A stretch of 64,000 nucleotides of DNA from Octopus sinensis (lineage: Eukaryota), in the NCBI RefSeq assembly GCF_006345805.1, contig NC_043016.1:23746001-23810000 (forward strand). The letters are read 5' to 3'. Positions 38,865-52,000 of this stretch are shown here, piece by piece; position 1 is the stretch's first letter, and every line of letters begins with the position of its first letter. Under the pieces are notes generated by a model. That model saw only the letters and a list, made by a program, of their open reading frames with translations, did not search any database and was not told the origin of the DNA. A program made the position numbers and the translations under genes.

Positions 38865-38963
38865 AATGACAACCTTTTAGTGTTTGTTCAAAATTATAAC
38901 ATATATAAATAATACTCTATTTCTCTAATATTGAGGTCTCATTTTTTGTTGTTACTTTTTATT

Positions 38964-39062
<99 letters not shown>

Positions 39063-39104
39063 AATGATAATAATAATGATAATAATAATAATAATAATAT
39101 GCAG

Positions 39105-39640
39105 TACCAGGCAGTGGCTGTTATCATGTACATTGTTTTGTCTTGGTATAAAAGATGGGCTACAGCAAATATTCTGCTCAATACCACAGATTTGCTTGTC
39201 AATTGTTTGACTTTAACCAGTTGTCCCTTAGTGGCTGACGATATGTGCATCACTGATCACGAGCAGAAGTAGTGGGGGAGCATCATAGCCATGTGTTGAG
39301 AGGGATTCTTTGGGGTTTGAATAATTCACCTTTGGAAACATGGGTGGTTCTTTCAACATCCTTAAACAACCCTTATTCAGGGACCTTTTGAGCAGGATGG
39401 GCTACTCAACCCGAAGAAAATTCTAACTGGGCCCCACCTGCAAGGTCATGTGCTGTTTATCTTGATATGAGATCACCATGTCGCGCACATATGGTTGTGA
39501 TGCATGTGCCTGGTGTACCCTTATCAGACGGGTAGTCATGATGGGTATATTGGGCTTCGTATATTTTACCCCAGTATCACTTTGATGGCATGAACTGCTC
39601 TCTCACTCAATAATAATAATAATAATAATAATAACAACAT
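39105..39640 (+). mobile_element. About 520-bp SINE-like/non-LTR element with (AAT)n tail
   Basis: Second copy of 13070-13628, flanked on both sides by (AAT)n. Confidence 0.8.
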
Positions 39641-39686
39641 CGAAAAATACCTTAGGAATGAGAATCCAGGTTTGAAATTTCCCCAA

Positions 39687-39732
39687 GACACCTGATGAAG
39701 GCTGGAGAGTATATCAGCCAAACGTTGTGTTA
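39687..39732 (+). ncRNA. Hammerhead relic (G12 missing)
   Basis: gacac-CTGATGA-a-ggctg/gagagtatat/cagcc-AAA-cg-TT-gtgtt. Confidence 0.45.
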
Positions 39733-40207
39733 ACAAAACAAACAAGATGTTAATAATGTAAATAATTGTCTTCCCTATGTTGCCTTTTTACTTTTTGATT
39801 TTGTTCATTCCACCAGGTCTTACCCAGTTATGAGCGAATGCTATGGTTTTAATTTGATATATACAAATCAGTTGCTTTTAAAAAAAATCATTGTTTAATT
39901 GTTGTTTTTAGCATTCACTCTCCTATGTTTGCATGGTTCAAATGGAATTAGTTGAGATAGATTATTTATGACTGGATGCCCTTCCTGTCACCAACCCTCA
40001 CCTGTTTCCAAGTAAGGAAATATTTCCTCATGACCAGGCATGTTTACAGGTTATATTGGAAGCAAAAGAATCCCTCTTGCATGATGCTGATGCTCACTTA
40101 GAGCCCTCGAGTGCTGTCAAGACAAGAAGTTACAAACACACATGCCCACACATGTGCACACATGCATGCACACACACACATGCACACACACGCACATGCA
40201 CACACAA

Positions 40208-40241
<34 letters not shown>

Positions 40242-40392
40242 TAAGACAATGAACAAAAAACCAAAAGTAAAAAAGGCAACACAGGGAAGACAAATTTGTA
40301 CAAATATTGTATGAGTTTAATACTAAAAATGCTTACAAAGGAAGGGGTAGAGTCTTAATGCTTTCAGATGTCAGTCGTATATGAGTGTGTTT

Positions 40393-40433
<41 letters not shown>

Positions 40434-40679
40434 TGACTGAGTGAATTTGTCTGTGTGTGTATATATATATATATTTTTTTTTTTATTCTTTTATTTGTTT
40501 CAGTCATTTGACTGTGAGCATGCTGCAGCACCACCTTGTAGGATTTTAGTCGAACAAATTGACCCCAGGACTTATTTTTAAGTCTAGTTCTTCTTCTGTC
40601 AGTCTCATTTGCCAAAATGTTAAGTTATGGGGGCATAAACAAAGCAACACCTGTTGTCAAGCAGTGATGGGGGGGGGGG

Positions 40680-40722
<43 letters not shown>

Positions 40723-40817
40723 ATGGGCTTCTTTCAGTTTCTGTCTCCCAAATCGACTCACAAGGCTTTGGTCAGCCTGAGGCTACGGAAGAAGACACTT
40801 GTCTGAAGTTCGACTGC

Positions 40818-40852
<35 letters not shown>

Positions 40853-41084
40853 TGTATTTGCCTCCCACTGCTTGATGACTGGTATTGGTTTGTTTATGTC
40901 CCCTGTAACTCAGTGGTCAGGCAAAAGAGATTGATACAATAAGTACCAGACTTGATAACAAAAAAAAAAAGAAATATTTGGGTTGAGTAGTTTGACTAAA
41001 ACCCATCAAGAAAGTACCCCAGTACCCCTGTATGGCTACAATGTAATAAGTGAAACAAGTAAAACAAAAAAATTTGGAGTAAAT

Positions 41085-41200
41085 GAATTCAAGAGAATGT
41101 TACTCAAGTCACAGTACTCAGCAACTTTAATTGATAATGGAATAGAACCTGTGAAAGTGATTAATATTCAAGAATTATAAAGGACAAAAAAAAATCACTT
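41085..41200 (+). pseudogene. Possible Penelope-like element ORF fragment
   Basis: EFKRMLLKSQYSATLIDNGIEPVKVINIQEL resembles the post-RT (thumb/linker) region of Penelope ORFs. Recognition from memory only. Confidence 0.35.
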
Positions 41201-42389
41201 CATATGCTCTCAATGCATTACTACACATACACGTATGTGTGTGTGTGTGTTGTGTCTGTTCGCATGTGTTGTGTATTGTGTGTGTCCGTGTGTGTATGTG
41301 TGTGTGCATGTGTGTGTGTGCACATGTATGTGTACTGTATGTTTGTGTGTGTGTGTGTTTATGCATATGTGCATTGTGTGTGTACGTGTGTATGTTTGTG
41401 GGCGCATGTATGTGTATTGTGTGTGTGAGTGTATGCATGCATGTGTATTGTGTGTGCATGTGTACGTGTGTATGTGTGTATGCACATGTATGTGTAGTTT
41501 GTGTTTGTGAGTGTGTATTGTGTGTATTGTGTGTGTGTGTGTGTGTTTATGCACAGCTACCAATGACTATTATAATGCAAATGAATTTCCTTTTTCATTA
41601 CAGGTTCAATTTTAATTGATTAAACATCTTTCAGATCATTACATTAAATACATTTTCACCTACTTAACTATACGCAATCATTGTTTGATAAGTCGTACCA
41701 CAAAATCTATCCACTAGAAGCTTAGTAAATTAAAGACCCTTAAAAGCACATAGTTTACTTACAACATGAGAGGTCATAACAGTTTGGTAAACATCAAACA
41801 AAACACATTTTCCACAAGTTGTTTCTGATATTTACTTTGGATAAGACTCTCTCGGTGTGCTGCATTCTTACCCACCAACCACATCCTCTAAAGTTTTCTT
41901 TAATATTCTGTTTAATCATATTCTAGTTAATTGACACTGAACTGAAGAATTTTATCGATTTGTTTTGTTTGTTTGTCTTTTAATTGAATTCCACTCAGAA
42001 AGTTACATAACCTAGATGAATGGCATGTCAACTCCAGTAGGAATTTGAACTCAGAATGTAACGGAAATACTATAAAATATTCAGTCTGTTAGTCACTAGT
42101 AAAAGCAGCATTAAGTCTGCTTCGTTAGACCTAGACTGTAGGAAGCCTGAGTGAATGAAGGAAGCTCTTATATGGTATCTAAACCTGCTGGAAATAGCAG
42201 CCACATCTTTCTCTAACTGTAAGCATCTTACAAAAAAAAAAATAGAAAAAGAAATTAGAAAAAGAAATTAGGTTATGTAGTCCTGGATATACAAAAGAAT
42301 AGGATGGTCAAGTTTGGAACTCCTTTGATTAAATATTTGTTTGATCAGGGTTGACCTAGAACTAAACAACAGACAACATGCCATTCCTC

Positions 42390-43810
42390 AGGAAAAGGAA
42401 TCCTTTGTTACCAGTAGAGGAAATAGCTCCCTTAACTCATTCCACCCTGATCCTGTACTTACTTTGTTCACTATACTTTTGGAATACTCATTACCACTGC
42501 TAATTAGGTAACCTAGGTAACAAAAACTTTCAGCTACTCCAAGGAAGCCTTCGGAGCATTTCAAGGAATGTATATGTACTACTACAGTGCTTCTGCCACA
42601 TACAATGTCTATTTTACCTCTTAATCTGCCAGTGATCTCTTAATACTTCTTAATTCTAGGCGCAGGAGTGGCTGTGTGGTAAGTAGCTTGCTTACAAACC
42701 AAATGGTTCCAGGTTCAGTCCCACTGCGTGGCACCTTGTGAGTGGATTTGGTAGACAGAAACTGAAAGAAACCTGTCGTATATATATATGTGTGTGTGTA
42801 TGTGTGTATGTGTGTGTGTTTGTGTGTCTGTGTTTGTACCCCCCACCCCACATCGCTTGACAACCAATGCTGGTGTGTTTACGTCCTTGTAACTTAGCGG
42901 TTTGGCAAAAGAGACCGATAGAATAAGTACTAGGCTTAAAAATAATAAGTCCTGGGGTTGATTTGCTCATTAAAGGCAGTGCTCCAGCATGACCACAGTC
43001 AAATGACTGAAACAAATATAAGAGTACACTACATGAAATTTCTATCAGCTCCTTTTACATATCAGGCTATTTCTCTGACATCAAGGTTTTGTCATTTCCT
43101 TTTCAATCAAATCTTCAGTCTTTGTCAAAGTTTACTTAATGCATCTTGATTCCGGGTTTTGCACTTACCATATTTGATGGCATTATAAGACAAACTTTCT
43201 ATTACAAAAAAATTCACCTCTGCTTCTAAGCTGGGCCTCCCATAAACTTTAATGCACTAAAGACTTCTTATATTGAACATGTGCTGTTGAAACTTGGGTG
43301 CATCTAAATACGTCCGTGAGTCTTTTATGCCATGAAATGTGGTATGCCTGGAATTTCTTCCTCAAGTCTCCTACAGATTTTGTTATGTAAACTAAATTAT
43401 CAGGAGTTCCAACTGATAGCTTGTCTTAAGTTACTCACTCATGGCCTTGAGGATATAATAAACGAGAGGTGGGGTGAGGGAAAGACAGAGATGAGAACTC
43501 AACCCTCCCCCACCCCAAACAGACTTTCTATCTGGTTGCTAAATTCATTGCAGAACTCATCATTGACTCTTAATTTGCTGACTGCACCTATTGTACATGT
43601 CTAGTATAAAACATCACAAATCATTTGTCTAAACCCAGATTCTTAAGCAACTATCAGAGTGTGATACTCAATCAAATGTTTTCTCAGGATCAACAAATGC
43701 TAAGGATAGGAGCTTGCTTCTAGCAAAGCACATTCACTGTAGTTGTCTCGCTACACCACTATGAAGATGTCAGTACCTCTTCTTGGCACAAAAGCTAAAC
43801 AGCATCTCAT
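42390..43810 (-). pseudogene. Heavily decayed RTE LINE pieces, with a SINE A inserted at 42659-43015
   Basis: LAFVDPEKTFD (43700 region) and ESFCYLGYLISSG...ELRELFPLLVTK (42420-42560). Confidence 0.55.
42659..43015 (+). mobile_element. SINE family A (internal deletion)
   Basis: ggcgcaggagtggctgtgtggtaag head and family tail. Confidence 0.85.
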
Positions 43811-43849
43811 TTAAGCTGATTCTGTTCTTATGCATATGTGTGTAATTGA

Positions 43850-43883
<34 letters not shown>

Positions 43884-43884
43884 A

Positions 43885-44165
43885 TCATGATTGTCCTTGC
43901 ATACAGGCATGTTCTCTACAGCTGAGTGATTCTAATCTTGTGGGCTTATGGGTGCTGGTACCATATAAAAAATATCCATGCCAGTGGTGCATAAAATCCC
44001 CCCCCCCCGTACACCCTGCAAAGTGATTGACATTAGGAAGGTCATCCAGTCGTAGAATCCATGCCAAAACAGACATGGAGACCAGGCAACTCCTGTTAAA
44101 CTATCCAACCATGCCACCATGGAACAAGGATGTTAAATGATGATGATGATGACGATGATGATGAT
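43885..44165 (+). mobile_element. RTE 3' tail, decayed
   Basis: ttaggaaggtcatccagtcgtag...ccaaccatgccaccatgg...gatgatgat. Confidence 0.7.
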
Positions 44166-44199
44166 GTCACACATATATCTATATACATACTTATATGTG

Positions 44200-44364
44200 T
44201 ATATATGTATGTATGTATGTTAGGTATGTATGTATGTATGTTATGTTGTATGTATGTATGTATGTATGTATGTATGTATGTATGTATGTATGTACGTATG
44301 TGTGTATGTATGTATGTATGTATGTATGTATGTATGTATGTATGTATGTATGTATGTGTGTATG

Positions 44365-44397
<33 letters not shown>

Positions 44398-44432
44398 TTG
44401 TATGTATGTATGTATGTATGTATGTATGTATG

Positions 44433-44463
<31 letters not shown>

Positions 44464-44660
44464 GTATGTATGTATGTATGTATGTATGTATGTATGTATG
44501 TATGTTTGTATGTATGCATGTATGTATGTATGTATGCATGTATGTTTGTATGTATGTATGCTTGTATGTATGTATGCATGTATGTATGTATGTATGTATG
44601 TATGTATGTATGTATGTATGTATGTGTGTATGTATGTATGTATGCGTGTATGTATTTATG
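44200..44660. repeat. (TATG)n microsatellite, about 460 bp
   Basis: Direct inspection. Confidence 0.95.
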
Positions 44661-45469
44661 TGCATATGATAGTAAATGGATAAAAGATTACTGTCAGAAA
44701 AAAAATGTAACATGAATTATCAATAAAAAATATTCACTATCTGTAAAAATAAAATCAGTAGAAATAGATCGAGTTAAAATAGAAAACAGTTTGTCATTTG
44801 AATCTGGCATTTTCAACATTTAAATGTGCAGCGTTTATAGTTATTGCTAAGTAATGTTGGATTAGATAAATCATTAAAGTAATGGCACAAAATGACTTGC
44901 GGAATTTCTTCTGGAGAAAGTGGAAAGTTAGATAAACATTAAATGTTCTAGAAGGTTTACAGCAATATATGGACATGTCTTCTTTATATGGGTGTCTCTG
45001 AGATTCATTCTTTCTGATTATCATTTCACTCAGATGTTTGGTATTTTCTGTTTTTCTGACAATGGTTATGATGGAAATGATGATGACAATGATGATGATG
45101 ATGGTGATGATGAAGATGATGTTGATAATGATGATAATGATGACTCTGATTGTGATTTTGAGGAAAATGACGGTCAAGATAGTGGTGGTAATGATGATGA
45201 GGAAGATAAGGATGATGGTGATGAGAAGGGACAAAGGAAACATAATGATGATAATGATGAGTGTGGCAGTGTTAGGTAGTGATAATAATGATAATGAAGT
45301 CTGTGACTGGAGGTGGAGGAGGTGGTGGTTGTGGTGGTGGAGGTGGTGGTGGTGGTGATTATTGGTAAATTGACAGAATCAGTAGAGCATCAAGCAAAAT
45401 ACCTTGTGGTATTTACTTCTGGGTCTTTTCTGGCCAAGTTTCCATGGTGGCAGATGCAGAGGCAGACAG

Positions 45470-45635
45470 AGAAAGAGGGGGACAAACAACATTGTGAGTT
45501 GAAAGGCCTAAAGATGAGAGATGCATTGTGAGAGGCAGAAGACAGAGACGGGTGGAGGGATCTGGTTGCCAAGTCATCAGTGGTTCCCCAGTGGTCAGCC
45601 AGACTACAGGATATGTAATGTAACGTAATAAATGG
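45470..45635 (+). pseudogene. C-terminal relic of a BovB-like RTE ORF
   Basis: EAEDRDGWRDLVAKSSVVPQWSARLQD. Confidence 0.55.
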
Positions 45636-45708
45636 CTAAAATAACAACATTCCCTCTGAATGGGAAGCCAGACTGTTACAGACTTTGAGGCCAGAAATTT
45701 TGAAGAGA

Positions 45709-46158
45709 GGCGCAGGTGTGGCTGTGTGGTAAGTAGCTTGCTTACCAACTACATGGTCCGGGTTCAGTCCCACTGTGTGGCACTTGGGCAAGTGTCTTCT
45801 ACTATAGCTTCGGGCTGACCAAAGCCTTGTGAGTGGATTTGGTAGACGGAAACTGAAAGAAGGCCTGTCATATATATATATGTATGTATATATATATATA
45901 TATATATATATAATAGATTATATATATATATATATATGTGTGTGTATATGTTGTGTTATCTGGTGTTTATTCCCCCAACATCGCTTGACAACCGATGCTG
46001 GTTTGTTTAGGTCCCCGCAACTTAGCGGTTCGGCAAAACAGACCGATAGAATAAGTACTAGGCTTACAAAGAATAAGTCCTGGGGTCGATTTGATTTGAC
46101 TAAAGGCGGTGCTCCGGCATGGCCACAGTCAAATGACTGAAACAAGTAAAAGAGTAAA
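45709..46158 (+). mobile_element. SINE family A, full length
   Basis: Family head, core and tail. Confidence 0.9.
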
Positions 46159-47043
46159 ACAGAGTGGAGCAAGCTATTTACATTGTCCCAAGTACTTGGC
46201 TGGTACTTTATTTTATCAACCACTTTCCTGCAAAAAGATGAAAGGCAAAACTGACCGTGGCAAGATTTGAATTTAGAATGTAAAAGGTCACAAGAAATTT
46301 CGCTAAACATTTTGTCTGATGTGCTAGTGATTCTGCCAGTTAATCACCTATGATAATGATCATAGCCCCAACTAATCTCTAATTAGTTATAGAACACTTT
46401 CAGCAAATGAAATCCACAATTATAAAATATATAAGATGATTAGACACCAGTAATAGATTTGATAAACATTTTGAGATGAGTGTAATTATTTAGTCATGAC
46501 AATGATTATGGTGGGGATAATAATGATTACTGAGTGGGAAGAGAAAAGATAGTAATGGTAATGATGGTGGTGGTGGTGATGGTAGTGGTGATTATGTTGA
46601 TGATAATGATGATGCTGATGATAATGATAATGATAACGCTGACAATTATTGGTAAATTGGCAGAATCAGTAGAGCATCAAGCAAAATACCTTGTGGTATT
46701 TACTTCTGGTTCTTTACGGTATGAATTCATAACCCTGCCTTTCAGTCCTCTGGTATCAAAAGCAGATAAGTAGTGGAATCAGTTTAATCAAATGACTATG
46801 GCCAAGAATCCTGAATCTTTTTTCATGTTGTTGGTGCTTTAGAGTAGGGTTAAGGTGTAAATTCCAAGCAGACCCACAGTATTTCTGTGAAGCGGAGAGC
46901 TACCCCAGGTTATTTTTAACATTGAAGGACATAATAACAATGGTGGGGGACCAACTATGTCGCACAAAGTCTATACTTGATGGTTAGATGAATGGGGTAA
47001 CACGTACATCTGTATATGTGCTCAATGTAAGGACGGAAGGAAT

Positions 47044-47044
<1 letters not shown>

Positions 47045-47075
<31 letters not shown>

Positions 47076-47240
47076 AAGGAGGAGGAGGAGGAGGAGGAGG
47101 AGGAGGGGAGGAGAGGAGGAGGAGGAGGAGGAGAAGAAGAGGAGGAGGAGGGGGGGGAAAAAAGGAAAGGGGAGGGGAGGAAGATGGAGAGGAGGAGGAG
47201 GGAGGGAGTGGAAAGGAAGGAAGATGAACAGGAGGAGGAA
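47045..47240. repeat. (GAA)n/(GGA)n polypurine tract
   Basis: Direct inspection. Confidence 0.9.
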
Positions 47241-47903
47241 AAAGAGAAGGTGATGACAACGATGTTGATGGTGAAGATGGTAATTATCACCATTATTGGC
47301 AGCATAATTACTAACATAATCATCATAAACATAAACTTATGCAGAAAGACATGTACACACACGCACACACACACACACACACATACATACAAACACTCAC
47401 AAACATACATATACAGACGTCTCACACACACATACACATACAAAAATGCTATCACAGTTACACTCAAAAGGATATATATAAATAATATACACACACAAAT
47501 AAATAGACATATGTGCACACAGACCCTAAATGTACAGTCACATGTACAAACAAACACAAAATACACACATACATACAAACTTATCTTCACGAAATACATA
47601 TAATTAAAAATTTCCATAAACGTATGTAATATGCAGTCATTCATAACTGTTGTTTATACTTGAGCATGCAATTATATACACACGCACAAGCACATCATAA
47701 TGAATAGACATTACAAAGAATACAGCACTATATATACCACAAATATATTATATATATATACACATATATACATATATATATATATACATGTATATGTATG
47801 TGTGTGTGTGTGTATGTATATACACACAGATATATATATATATATATAATATATATTATATATATATATATATATATACATACACACGCACACACTTAAA
47901 TAT

Positions 47904-48450
47904 GAGTCAAAAAGTAATGCCATTTTGTTTAGGACAGGTATAATTACCAACACAGGAACATGTATCATACATCAAAATGAAGCTGGTCCTCTGTGGATCA
48001 CATCCCTACCTCTAAATATAGTTACAGTTTCTCTCAATAGCAATGTCCCACCTTCGAATGAGAGCATATTTCCCTGCCCTGTAAAATTCTGTTGACTGTT
48101 CTTTGAGCCACTTCTTCACTACAGTTTTCACTTCTTCATCACTGGAATAATGTTTGCCTCTGAAACTCTCTTGCAAGGGGCCGAAGAGATGATAGTTCCA
48201 TGACGATGATAGTCCAGTGACAAGGAAGTGAAAACTGTAGTGAAGAATTGGCTCAAAGAACAGTCAACAGAATTTTACATGCCTCTCATTTGAAGGTGGC
48301 ACATTGCTATTGAGAGAAACAGTGACTATTGAGAGGAAGGGATGTGATCCACAGAGGTCCAGCTTCATTTTGATGTATGATACATATTCCTCTCTTGGTA
48401 ATTTTATCTGTCCTAAACAAAATGGCATTACTTTTTGACTCACCCTCGTA
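47904..48450. mobile_element. Mariner-derived fold-back element made of two inverted transposase 3' ends
   Basis: gagtcaaaaagtaatgccattttgtttaggacag... is the inverted repeat of ...ctgtcctaaacaaaatggcattactttttgactcaccctcgTA. The arms are about 240 bp and include SDKEVKTVVKNWLKEQSTEFY. Confidence 0.85.
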
Positions 48451-48899
48451 TATTATAGATGTATATATGCGATTACAGAGAAACAAGAATTTGTTTATGG
48501 TGGATCTCGACTTGCTTTCAAGGAGTGACCCCAATACTCTTGTTTTAGAAGTATCTTATGTGACAAATGCAGAGTGAAACAGGCAGCATCAGGAGATGAA
48601 ATTGCAACAGATTCTCACTGAGTCATTGGTAGTATAAGGCCAGTGTATCTGACATTTGCCCTCCTCTGCCAGTTTGAACATTACTCAACTCAACCATTGT
48701 TGTCTACAACTGCTTGCTCTGCTGCTGGGGTCTTGCAGGATGGGCAAGGGGCTGTCATATTCTCTCTGAATTTGTTCTTCAGCCTTACTGCCATGGGTGG
48801 CTCTAACAGGAGTTCACTGTCAGAGTCATTGTGCCATGGAAATTCTCAACTCCATCTATATATAACAGATGTATCATATACATGCATACATGTATGTAC

Positions 48900-49095
48900 T
48901 TGCTGGAGCATTGCCTTAAAGGGTTTTAGTTGAAGAAATTGACCCTAGAACTTATTCTTTGTAGGTCTAGTACTTATTCTATCAGTCTCATTTGCCGAAC
49001 TGCTAAGTTCCAGGAGCATAAATACACCAACAACAGTTGTCAAGCAATGGTGGGGTGACAAACACAGACACATGTGTATATATATATATATGACG
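48900..49095 (-). mobile_element. SINE A 3' half; the 5' half is at 53170-53345, split by the LINE insertion
   Basis: Ends in the internal (TA)n...gacgg. The continuation ggcttctttcagtttcc resumes at about 53197. Confidence 0.7.
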
Positions 49096-52000
49096 GAGAA
49101 AGTCCAAGTAACATAATTGCGGCAGCACTAAGGAACAAAGGATTCAAAAGGACGTCAGCACAAATAGAGCGGAAGAGGCGAGAGTTCGTACGCTCATACG
49201 CACTTGTCAGATCGCACATAAACACACTGGATGCCATTTTTAACAGCGAAAAACGCGAACAAAGTAAAGATGGCAGGATGGAGACGCGGGCGCTGATGAG
49301 GAGGGTCACCCCCACCTGGTGGACGCCCAGGAAGACAACTCCAGCGAGAGGCCTGCCGGGAGGTGAACCCAGGTGCGGATGCTCCTACCAGCACCAAAAG
49401 CCATGAACATGGAGATGAAGAAGCCAAAAAGAGGGAAAAACTGAAGCTAAACTCAGACAAAGCCAAGGGGCAAGGCAGCCAGGGATAGAGGCAAACCTAA
49501 CTATCCATATGCAAAAAGGATGGAAACAAGCAGCGCACACGGGTATGTAGGTTCTACCTGAAAGGTGCCTGCCGGCATGGAGAGGAAGGTGCAGGCTGCC
49601 ACTTTGCACATCCGGGACCCTGCCACAGAAACCAACCACCGAAAGGAAATGGGATGGACCACGCATCACCTGCCCCAAAACGGAGGTACGCAGATGTGGT
49701 GCGTACCACAAACCACCAACGTGTTGTTGAAAGGGCAGCTGCTGAGCAGAAATCTTTTTTGTGCATGCACACAAAGATTGTACAGCAGCTAACCTGGCTC
49801 CATCAGGCTCAGGCTCGCAGATGGAACTGCCCACAGTTCACAAGACCGCCAGCAGATGGACCCAGGGTGGACACCGCCGGCAACAGCATACACCTCACCT
49901 CGATGCTCCTACTGAACATCAGAGGACTACTAACACACAGTAGTAACAGGACAAAAGTCCCGTTCCTGAGAGACTTTGTCGCATGCAATCAAGCCTTATG
50001 CATAGCACTCACAGAAACGCATCTGAAACTGGACATAGCAGATGCGGAATTACACATACCACAGTATGTTGTACTACGGACCGACAGGAAAGAAAGGAGT
50101 CATGGAGGAGTTGCTATGTACATCCGTGGGGACCTCACACCCAGGTCCTTTTGTCATACTCAAACTCGGTGTGTGACACACTAATTGTACACATAAGGCA
50201 ACTTGATGTAGTTGTGTGCTACATATCGCCCTCCAGATGCCCCAAGTCATATGGCAAGTTTGAGGACTGCCTTTTAAAATAGAAGAAGTTCTAACCACAT
50301 TAGAACAACACATAAGTGTACTTCTCATGGGAGACTTCAATCTACCGAACGTCAGATGGCCCGAGGGGCCTTTCTCTCTTAGGAATGACAAGATGTGAAC
50401 GAGGACAGGCGAGGTCCCTCCTGAACCTCATCAACACCCTGTACATGGAGCAAGTAATACTCCAACCAACAGAGCAGTTAACACACTGGATCTCTGCTTC
50501 ACAATAATATGGATCTCATCCATAATGTGAAAGTGACACCGACACTACTCTCGGATCACAACATGGTAGAGCTGACCATGTACGGCCAAAGAGAGCACGG
50601 ACATGCAGCCTACAAGAAACCCTCAGAATTTCCAGCTTGAACTTCAATAAGGCAAACTGGAAAAAATTGAGAAAGAGATCCTCAAACCAAAACTGGCCTG
50701 AATGTCTCTCCTCGCCGGACATCGACATGATACTTCAACAATTCATGTCTGTAATGCAAGCCATATGCTACAAATGTGTCCAGAGAGAAAGGCCACTGTA
50801 CACAAGAACAAAATCCCCAGAGAGAGGAAAATTTTAATGAGACGGCGTACAAAAATTTCAAATCGCCTAAACAAACAAATTGAAAGCAGGAAAAGTCCCG
50901 CCTGAAAATAAAACTGTTGGAAATTGAAAATTGTCTGCAACTCTCCCATGAGAAGGAAAGAGCAGACAAAGAAGCCTGGGCTATAGACAACATAAAAACT
51001 AACCCCAGAGCTTTCTACAGGTATGCCAAAGAAACAGCTACGGGCACTGTAGGATAGGGCCAACTCCTTGAAAAGGATGGCACACTCACAGGAAAACCAC
51101 TAAGGGTAAGTGAAATACTGAATGAACAATTCAAGAGTGTTTTCACTCCACCCCTTGGGCATTTCCAAATCAGCAATCCACTGACTTCTTTACCACTGCA
51201 GATATAGAATCAGAGGCGGCGACGATAAATTACATCGATATAAAGGAAGACGATGTAATAAAGGCTAGATGAAATGAAAATAGACTCAGCTATTGGCCCC
51301 GATGGATTCCCGGCAATCCTCCTAAAAGTATGTAAGAGAGTCTTAGCAAGACCACTGCAGTTCCTCTTTCAGAGCTTCCTTGCAGCTGGCAAACTTCCAA
51401 GAAAATGAAGGAAGGTAAATAAAATATGCCCTATTCATAAAGGAGGTAGCAGAGCGGAGGCCAAGAACTACAGACCTATCTCTCTGACCTCACACATCAG
51501 CAAGGTCATGGAAAGAATAGTCAGAAGGAAACTAATCACCTTCCTTGAGAAAATGACTTGCTGCCTGCCACCCAACATGGTTTCCGACCAGGAAGAAGCT
51601 GCTTAACTCAGCTCCTGCAGCACTATGACTGTGGTGCTGAAACAACTGCTCAACCACTCCAATGTGGAAGTCATATATCTCGACTTCGCAAAGGCCTTCG
51701 ATAAAGTCGATCATAGAATGATATGTCACAAACTGCGTGATCTTGGCATAGTTTGGAAAACTAGGAGAATGGCTTCACGACTTTCTGAAGAATAGAAGTC
51801 AGGTGGGTAGAGGCCACTTCCATTAGCACGCAAATAGTGAGCGGTGTTCCACAGGGCACTGTTTTGGGACCACTACTGTTCATAATGGCCCTCTCAGACA
51901 TGCCCTCAGCCACGCGGAGAGCACGATCACAAGTTATGCAGATGATACAAAAGTTTCACAGGCAATACAGAACCCTGAAGACACTAAGCACCTGCAATAT

